Positions 54,832 to 64,000 of a stretch of 64,000 nt of DNA are shown piece by piece. Under the pieces are notes generated by a model, which was not told the DNA's origin, made no database searches, and saw only the letters and a list, made by a program, of their open reading frames with translations. Source of the stretch: Octopus sinensis (taxonomy: Eukaryota); the NCBI RefSeq assembly GCF_006345805.1, contig NC_043005.1, forward strand, positions 82,460,001-82,524,000. The letters run 5' to 3'. The translations under genes were made by a program, and so were the position numbers. Numbering within the stretch: the stretch's first letter is position 1; the number at the start of each line of letters is the position of its first letter.

Positions 54832-56956
54832 TTTTTTTCTAGTTTCAGCTCAGAGCTGCGGCCATGCTGATGCACCGCCGTTTTGTGCTACACTGTTATT
54901 GCGACGAACCTCGTCTAATATGTGGCACTTGGAGAAGAATGGAGTTTGATACAGCTACTCTCATTTGCACCTCTTGCCGTGAGGTAGGTTCATCTGGGAC
55001 TCTTGACAGGAAGATGTCCAGCTTTGATTTAAAAACCGCTACATCTACTTTGTGCAAGTTCCTCAGACTCTTTGGGAGAATATTAAAAAGCTGTGGGCCC
55101 TTGAAACCCAGGCTGTTGCAGAAGCTGGTCCTGAAGTGTGATGGCATTGCTGGGATCTTTGGCACTATGCAGTGTCGTCCCGTTCTAGCATTGGTGTAGC
55201 TTACAATGCCAAAATTTGGCACAATTCCTTCCAGGATCTTCCAGACATATATTACTGCATACCTCTCCCGTCTTCTCTCCAGGGAGTAGAGTCTTAGCTG
55301 TTTCAACCTTTCCCAGTAGCTGAGCTGTTGCAAAGAGACAGTTTTCTTTGTGAATCTTCTCTGGATTGCTTCAAGGTCCGTTGTTAATTTTACACTGATG
55401 GGTGACCATAGCTGTGAGCAGTAATCCAGGCAGCTGAGGACGAATGTCCGCCAGAGGACCATCATGGTTTCCTTATCTCTGGTTCTGAATGTTCTTAGGA
55501 TCCACCCAGCCAGTCGTCTGCACTTTGTCGCCATTCTGGTAATGTGCACTTGGAAAGAGGTATCATCACTCATGTTGATACCCAGGTCCCTCACAGACTT
55601 AGGCTCTGGGATTGAAATTCCCTGTGGACCGGTGTATCCTGTAAGTTTAATATTCAGTTTTGGATGCTGGTAGCGCAGGGCCTGGAATTTTTCAGCATTA
55701 AACTGCATATTATTATCCTCAGCCCATCTGTAGATTGAGTCCAACTCCTGCTGCAGGTGTGCAACATCGCTGGGGTTCTGTATTTTCTGCGAGACTTTCG
55801 TATCGTCTGCATAGCTGGCCAGAGTGGCTATCCGGGCATTTGAGGGCATATCTGAGAGGGCCACTATAAAAAGCAGTGGTCCCAAGATAGTGCTCGGTGG
55901 AACACCGCTCACTATTTGTGTGTTCATAGAGGTGACTCCATTAACCACTACTGCCTGACTCCTATCTTTCAGGAAGTCATGCAACCACACTCCAAGTTTT
56001 CCAGCTATGCCGAGGTCACGTAGTTTGTGGCATATCATACCATGATCCACCTTGTCAAAAGCTTTTGCAAAATCAAGGTAGATTACGTCCACATTTGATT
56101 TGTTGAGTAACTGCCTCAACACCCAGTCATAATGCTGTAAGAGCTGGGTCAGGCAGCTCCTACCTGATCGAAAACCATGCTGGGTATTACTCAGCAAGTT
56201 ATTTTCCTCAAGGAATGCGATTAGTTTCTTTCTGACTATCCTTTCCATGACTTTGCTGATGTGTGAAGTCAGAGAGATAGGCCTATAGTTTTTGGCATCT
56301 GCTCTACTTCCCCCTTTATGTATTGGGCGTATTATTCCCTCCTTCAGCTTGCTTGGCAGTTTGCCATTCGCAAGAAAGCTCTGGTAGAGAATCTTGAGGG
56401 GTTTTGCCAGGGCATGCTTACACGCTTTGAGGAGGATGGCTGGGAAACCGTCTGGACCAGCAGCTGAGTTTGTGTCCACTTCATCTATGGCTAGTAGGAC
56501 ATATTTTTCGCTAATGTCAATACATTCTATTGTAACCGCCTCGCTGGTTATAGGTGAGGCGGCAAAGAAGAACACTGGTTCGTTCACTTGTCTGTGTTCC
56601 AACGGGGTGGTAAAGACATTTTTGAACTGGTCATTCAGCATCTCACTGATCATAGGTGGACTGTCTGTGAGGGAGCCATCCTTTTGGAGGAGGGGTTCTA
56701 TCTTGTAGTGCACTGAGACTGTTTCTTTCGCGTAATGAAAGAAGGCCTTTGGGTTTGATTTAATGTTTTTTATAACCCAGGCTTCTTTGTCTGCTTTGTC
56801 CTTCACATAGGATTGTTGCAGCCTTTTTTCGATCTCCATCAGTGTTGTTTTTAGGCGGAACGTTTCGCTACTTTTGGTATGTTGGTTGAGACGATTTGCA
56901 ACCTTCGTCCGTCGTCTCATGAGGATCTTTCTGTCTCTTGGAATCTTGCTCCTATT

Positions 56957-56958
<2 letters not shown>
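54832..56958 (-). mobile_element. 5'-truncated CR1-group LINE inserted in (TA)n
   Basis: Uninterrupted ORF2 remnant, 3'UTR hairpin, short A tail, TA flanks. Confidence 0.95.
54896..56958 (-). CDS. LINE ORF2 reverse transcriptase, N-terminally truncated (no endonuclease; the ATG called upstream is microsatellite-derived)
   Basis: ~687 codons without a stop: [44 protein letters not shown]. Confidence 0.85.
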
Positions 56959-56990
<32 letters not shown>

Positions 56991-57190
56991 CTTTATTTAA
57001 AAGCAGCAGAAATATGACAAAAGCTGTTACTCAGAGTTTCACTTTCTCGTTCGTCGGACAATTTTAGCGTGAAACTCTGGGTAACAGCTTTTGTTATATT
57101 TTTGCTGCTTTTAAATAAAGCATATTACTCTACCTCTGGTATTTGAGTACTTTTTGTCCACCTTGTCTCACATTTATGTGCTTACTCCGG
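56991..57190. mobile_element. PLE-like insert with 52-bp inverted arms and an HHR-like motif (57024-57061, minus strand)
   Basis: Arms 56991-57042 and 57069-57120; minus strand TTGT-CCGACGA-AC(GAGAAA)GT-GAAAC-TCTGA-GTA-ACAG. Confidence 0.65.
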
Positions 57191-57193
57191 TAT

Positions 57194-57297
<104 letters not shown>

Positions 57298-57299
57298 AC

Positions 57300-57338
<39 letters not shown>

Positions 57339-58698
57339 ATATACATATATATATACACACACACTTTACATTGTTGCTTTACAATTTGATACTATTTTTT
57401 CTTTCGCTTTTTACACTGTCTCTGTCTGTTTCATCGGCGCGGTTACAATATTTATCTTCCTGTCTATGGCGATATATAATTTACAAAAAGAAAATCCAAC
57501 AAGGAGACGGATAAATCGATAACCTCCCGAGAGACAACGCAGATGATTCCAAGTAAAAAGTCGCTCACCTCATAAGCAAAAATAAATAGAATTTTATACG
57601 GCATTACGAGCTTTTACTAACATATTGACATGTTTTAGGCTGGAATATTGAAATATAAACACCGAGAAACAAGTTTCTGAGAAGACTTCGATACATACTA
57701 ACACACTTAATCAAACTCGGTTTTATTTTTGCTTCGTCCTAAGACATATTCTTCACTATTTTCCGTTTATTCTAGTTCTTTTCCATTTTTCTTTGTCAAA
57801 CTCTCCTTTTAAACTTTGTGAGTGAGTGTGTGTGTGTGTATCTGTGAGTGTGTGTGTTTATAGGTATGTGTATGTATCTATATATATACGTATATGTGGA
57901 TAATATATATGTATGTATGTGCTTGTGTGTGAGAGTGTGAGTATGTTTGAGTATATATATGTGTGTGTGTGTGTATGTGCCTGTAAGTGTGTGTATTTAT
58001 AGGTGTGTGTGTATCTATATATGTACGTATATGTTGATATATGTATGTATATGTGTACTTGTGTGTGAGTGTGTATGTATGTTTGTGTATATATATGTTT
58101 GTGTGTGCAAGTGTGTGTGTGGGTATCTATTCTTCTATGTATAAATACGTCTACGTATGTATGTATGCATTCTTGAAAATACTCTCTAACAAGACTGCAT
58201 TGTGTTCATAGACAAGTAGTTTAAGTCTGAATGATCCAGTTAACAGAAAACAGGCAGGAAATATGTGATACGTTGCTATCTACACACACACATACACGTA
58301 CACACACATACACGTACACACACATAAACGTACACACACATACACGTACACACACAAAAGCACGCACACACACGTACACTCACACCTCTACGTATGTATG
58401 TATGTACGTACGTATGTATATATCCATACACACAAGTGTATGTATCCGTTTACACGCGCTGCCTGAGTAAAATGATAAATATACAGATATATCAATCTCT
58501 GTTTCTACTTGGAAAAAGTTATCTCCTTCTCTTTATCAGTCATGTCATTAGCTATCGATCACAAAACGTCTGAGTAGTCTGTTTACTATAATTCTTCAGT
58601 GAGCTCCTGTACATTCCCTGCTTACAACACGTACTACATATTACTGAATGCTGAAGGCTGATTATTATTATTATCATTATTATTATTATTATTATATT

Positions 58699-59265
58699 AG
58701 CGAGCTGGCAGAATCATAAGCACGCCGGGCGAAATGCTTAGCGGTATTTCGTCTTCCGTTACGTTCTGAGTTCAAATTCCGCCGAGGTCGACTTTGCCTT
58801 TCATCATTTCGGGATCGATAAATTAAGTACCAGTTACGCACTGGGGTCGATATAATCGACGTAATCCGTTTGTCTGTCCTTATTCGTCGCCTCTGTGTTT
58901 AGCCCCTTGTGGATAATAAAGAAATAGGTATTTCGTCCATCTTTACGTTTTTGGTTTTACTTCAAAGACCTGGGGTGACTATAGCGTTTTAGAGTTCCAA
59001 GGTCGATGAAATATGTAGAGGTTGTGTAATGAGATCGATGTAATCGATTTACATCTAACGAAATTGTGCCATAATTTGACATTATTATTATTAGCGGCAT
59101 TTTGTCCGTCTCTACATTCAGAGTTCAAATTCCGCCGAGATCCCATTTACCTTTTTTTACTTTCGAGTTCGATGAAATAAGTAACAGTTGAGATTTGGGA
59201 GTCAATGCAATCGATTGCACCCCTGCTCTCAAAATTTCAGGCCTTGTACCTATAGTAGAAAGACT
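58699..59265 (+). mobile_element. SINE family B plus degenerate followers
   Basis: gcgagctggcagaatc...gagttcaaattccgccgaggtcgac. Confidence 0.85.
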
Positions 59266-59522
59266 TATTTTGGCGATCTATCTATCTATATATATAGATA
59301 GACAGTTAGAGAGAGAGAGAGATAGACAGACAGATAATATATTGTAATATGTATAATACACACGTACACACCCATCAATATATACATATATATTTATACA
59401 TACATATACACATACATACATATATATATACATACACACATGCATACATATATATATACACATACATATATATATACACATATATATATACATACATATA
59501 TACACATACATACATATACACG

Positions 59523-59554
<32 letters not shown>

Positions 59555-59724
59555 CACATATACATACATATACACATACATACATATATATATTCATAAC
59601 ACACACGCACGCACACATACATATATATATACATAACACACACGCACACACACATACATATACATGTATATATATATATATATACATACACACACACACA
59701 CGTATGAATGTATATATTCTCTCT

Positions 59725-60118
59725 CTTTTTACATGTTTCAGTTATTTCACTGCAGCCATGCTGAAGCACCGCCTTTAGTCGAGCAAATCGACCCCAGGAC
59801 TTACTCTTTGTAAGCCTTGTACTTATATTATCGGGCTCTTTTGCTGAACCACTAAGTAACGGGGACATAAACACACCACCATCGGTTGTCTAGCGATGTT
59901 GGTGGATCAAACGCAGACCCACAAACATATACACGCACATACGGATATATACATATATACGACAAGCTTCTAACAGTTTCTGTCTACGAAATCCACTCAC
60001 AAGGCTTTGGTCGGCCCAAGGCTATAGTCGAAGACACTTGCCGAAAGTGCCACGCAGTGGGACTGAGCCCGGAACCATGTCGTTGGTAAGCAAGCAACTT
60101 ACCACACAGCTATTCCTG
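59725..60118 (-). mobile_element. SINE family A, full length
   Basis: Reverse complement of the 40444-type element. Confidence 0.88.
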
Positions 60119-60135
60119 CGGCTATATATATATAT

Positions 60136-60368
60136 ATTTCTTTACTACCCACAAGGGGCAAAACATAGAGGGGACAAACAAGGACAGACAAAGGGATTAA
60201 ATCGATCACATCGACCCTAGTGCGTAACTGGTACTTAATTTATCGACCCCGAAAGGATGAAAGGCAAAGTCGACCTCGGCGGAATTTGAACTCAGAACAC
60301 TTAACGGCAGACGAAATACGGCTACGCATTTCGACAGGCGTGCTAACGTTTCTGCCAGCTCGCCGCCC
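60136..60368 (-). mobile_element. SINE family B
   Basis: Reverse complement of the 54149-type element; further degenerate copy at ~61360-61530. Confidence 0.88.
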
Positions 60369-61651
60369 TATATATATATATGTGTGTGTGTTTGTGTGTG
60401 TATGCATATGTATCTCTGGTCGTGTATTTGTATGCCTATATTATTTTGAAATACATATTACCTTTGAGCAAGTGTTATCAAATGGCATTATGCCCTGTGT
60501 TTCGTCGTGGGGAAACATGTTTGTTTTCATAGGCTTTCCTAACCGATATATTTATGAATTATGCATGTTTTAAACAAATATGCGAGAGATAAGTAGAAAT
60601 ATCTTTTCCGGCTAAGCGCTTGTCTGGTCGGTGTTTTGTACAACGTTAACATCTCAATTTTGTGTACATAGCTTAGAAACTAACTTCCAAATGTAAGTAG
60701 AAACCTCATGCCAAGAATGGCTTGCTACCGAGGTATGCAGCGCGAAAAATGTGAAATGGCAATCGTTTCACCAACTTCCTATAATTTGTAGATCAAATTG
60801 TCCGAATGGTTCGAATCTTCTTCTTCTTAGTATAACAAAAATACCACAGCGGTAGACGTTTTGAAGGTTCATAGATTCAGATGAGATTGCTGAATCCCTT
60901 TATCAGAGCTCACTCTGTTTACAACACGTGTGTATGTGTAGTCTCACACTTGCATACGTATTCAGAAGCCAGATTTTCGTTTTAAATACACATTTTTTTC
61001 CGTTAGTTTCGTCTCCATTTAAATTCCCAAGACCACTGACCTTCCCTCCAGAACAAGACAGAATGAAAATTTTAATGTATCAGGTAACTTAAAAATTTGA
61101 TCGCAGGACTGGGTATCTGTCAGCCAAATGTTTTTGGAAGAGATGTATCATGTCAAACATTTTCGAATCTCGTCGACCAGTTTCTTACACGATTCCCAGT
61201 CCTTCATTTCTGCAACACAATATCCTTCAATATTTGTGTTCTTCAGCAATAATTAAACGTACGTTGAACAAGGCCTGCTCCTAATATCATATATGTATTT
61301 CCACTGTACTATGGGGTTTCTAATTCCGATTCAAGATCAGTAATTTTTCGAAGTGGATAAACCGATCACATCGACTCCAGTGATCAACTGCTTGCTACTT
61401 ATTTTATTGACCCCGAAACAAATGAAAGCAAAGTTGACCTAGGGAGAATTTGGACCCAGAAAGTAAAGACGGACGAAATGCTGCCAAGCATTTTCACAGC
61501 ATGCAAACGATCCTGCCAGCTCTTTGCCTTCGCTTCTACAGTAATATTTGACGTACAGGTTCATCTTTTCTCCACTGACGGTCCCACAGACTGAAGTCGA
61601 CAATATTTCATGATTTCAATTAATGGTTTCTATTAATAATGATATATATGC

Positions 61652-61875
61652 CGTCTTCATCATTTAACGTCCGCTTTCCATGCTGCCATGGGCTGAACGG
61701 TTTGACTGAAAACTGTCAAACCGGGAGGGTGGCTGCACCAGGATCCAATCTGATTTGACAAGGTTTCGGCAGATGGATTTGCCCTTTATAACGCCAGCCA
61801 CTCCCAGAGTGTAGTAGGTGTTTTTTACGTGCCACCGGCACGGGTGCTAGTCAGAGGGCGCTGGCATCGTCCACG
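61652..61875 (-). mobile_element. Retroposon with RTE-like 3' tail
   Basis: Minus strand ends gcatggaaagcggacgttaaatgatga, a tail style typical of RTE-mobilised elements. Confidence 0.5.
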
Positions 61876-62340
61876 ATTATGATTTCATTCGGTATGCATT
61901 TTCGGTAAAGGTTGCTTCAAAGAAATTTCCTTTAACTTATGCAGTATTTAAATATATGCTCTATTTAGGCCGTTTTGTATCAGTTTTGTAAGTTTCCATT
62001 ACTCAAACCCATATAGCAATGTTATCTGCGCCAGCTCTAAAAGGTCATTTTGATAGAAATTACTCTCATATTTCGGATATTGTATTCATTGCTGACTACG
62101 TTAATTACTAGAAAATGAATCATATCCTACCTCCTTGAAAAGGGGTGGGTGAGGTGTTGCAGATGTTACAGAATGATTCAGAACACCCTTTAACGTCTAA
62201 ATGATAATTACAATATTCATTTTTGATTTTGTAAGAAATTTTTCTGCAAATTATTTTAACACACTTCGATCGACTTGAAGGGAATATTTTTGTAATATCT
62301 ATGTCTGTGTGTATCTACCTATCTATCCATCCATCTATTT

Positions 62341-62407
<67 letters not shown>

Positions 62408-63273
62408 TGTTCTGTTTATGTATGTCTGTCTATATCTGTTTATCTATGTATGTATATACATGGTGAGAAAACATAATGCACGAACTAGTTCAAATTTTAT
62501 GGAAGCGAGAAATATATTAGAACTTTTCTCACCGTCTTGCCCTTCATAAAACATTCAAGTGATTTTCAGAGTAGCTCAATTAAGGATCTGCTTAGCTCTA
62601 AAACGTCAAACCATCGGAATGGAACACAGAACAATTAAACGTAAAAATCTATTTGATAATTAAACCTAAAAATCACGCAGACATCTGACATTACTCGTAA
62701 ATGATACAAGAAGCCATTTGTAGACACCGTTTAATCCACTAAACATCAGACTTTATAATCAGAGCTAAAGGCAGGTACATGAAAACTGAAACCTGCTAAA
62801 TTGAATTATGAATCACCTGGTATAGAAAATATTCTGTGTGGTTTCTAAAGACATATCATAAAAGTGATTCATTCAAAAAACCTCACAAAACTATGCCTTT
62901 GTATAGAATATACCAACAGCAAGGATAAGTAACTCGTTACAAGATAATTGTATTTCTTGCAGGTCCATTTCCAAAATAGTAACTAGCGACGCTCCTCTAC
63001 ATGCCTTACGTCCGTTTCGTTTACATAAAGTCGGGAACATGATTTATGTTCTACCAATGCCAATGCAGTTGTTTTCCTCTCAAATCAACTAAATGTTCTC
63101 ATTGGTTCCCATAAACTACTCTTGTAATCTCATGTCACTGACATCAATACTTAATTTCAACGAGAAAGCAGGATTGTAATGTAACTACATTTCAACTTCT
63201 ACATAATTTTTTAGACTTAAATCATACTTCATCTTCGTCTTTTTATTCTTTACTTTGCTTTCTTTCCGTCTCT

Positions 63274-63321
<48 letters not shown>

Positions 63322-63378
63322 ACCTTGTATTTAATCCTGACTCTTTTTCTTTCCCAACAATATAGGTACACAGACCTT

Positions 63379-64000
63379 ATGAAAATGATAACAACCAAAC
63401 TATGTTGAGTGATTTTCTCGTATGAGTACAAACTGGGTCACTCTGCCGCAGAAGCTCTACGGAATATCAAGCGGGCCTTTGATAATGGTTTAGTTGACTA
63501 TTCAGAGGTGGTTCCAAAGTTCTCGTTCAGGAGATGATAGTCTTGAATATAAATCAAGGGGGAGGCCAAAATCAGTTATTCGGCATAATGGATTAAATGC
63601 TTTTAGTTGAACAAAATCCAAGAACAAAGGTTAAAAAACATACATCACAACTCCAAACATCGCGCACAAATATTTTTGGACACCTCTATAAAATTGGAAA
63701 TGTCGAGAAAACGGATAGATTTGTTCCACATCAACTGAACGAGATTCAGAAAAAAACAGAAGCCTCGAAGTGTGCCCCTTAATGCTTTACGACTGGAAAA
63801 AAGACCATTTTTGCATCATATCGTTACTTGTGATGAGAAATGGATACTCTTTGACAAGAGCAGGGGAACAGGAGTGATTAGATGAGGAGAGTCACCTAAA
63901 CACTACCCAAACCCACTATTGCACCCTAAGGAGTTAGTGGTCACTGTATGGTGGTCTCCGAAGTGAGTTATTCATTATTCATTTCTGCAACAAGGGAAAA
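63379..64000 (+). mobile_element. Degenerate mariner transposase running off the window end
   Basis: YEYKLGHSAAEA, QRWFQ, DRFVPHQL, IVTCDEKWILFD and VTVWWS, with frameshifts. Confidence 0.88.

Overview
AT-rich, microsatellite-saturated eukaryotic DNA. The SINE, LINE and mariner repertoire resembles Octopus or another cephalopod (inference). I found no supportable host gene, and almost all ORF-track entries are translations of (TA)n/(CA)n repeats. Recognisable elements are two 5'-truncated CR1-type LINEs, several mariner relics, two non-autonomous Helitrons, at least four SINE families and a 100-N gap. The hidden layer is a set of hammerhead ribozyme (HHR) motifs in short Penelope-like/retrozyme inserts, mostly embedded in (TA)n tracts. 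The main case is a ~563-bp tandem array at 12361-14369: each full unit carries a type I HHR on the minus strand, the array ends in an inverted partial copy, and it is nested inside a SINE. There is also a canonical solitary HHR at 11374-11466, a motif with an apparent compensatory G3-C8 core swap at 36745-36791, and five further minimal or degenerate HHR motifs. All folds were derived by eye and none has been tested.
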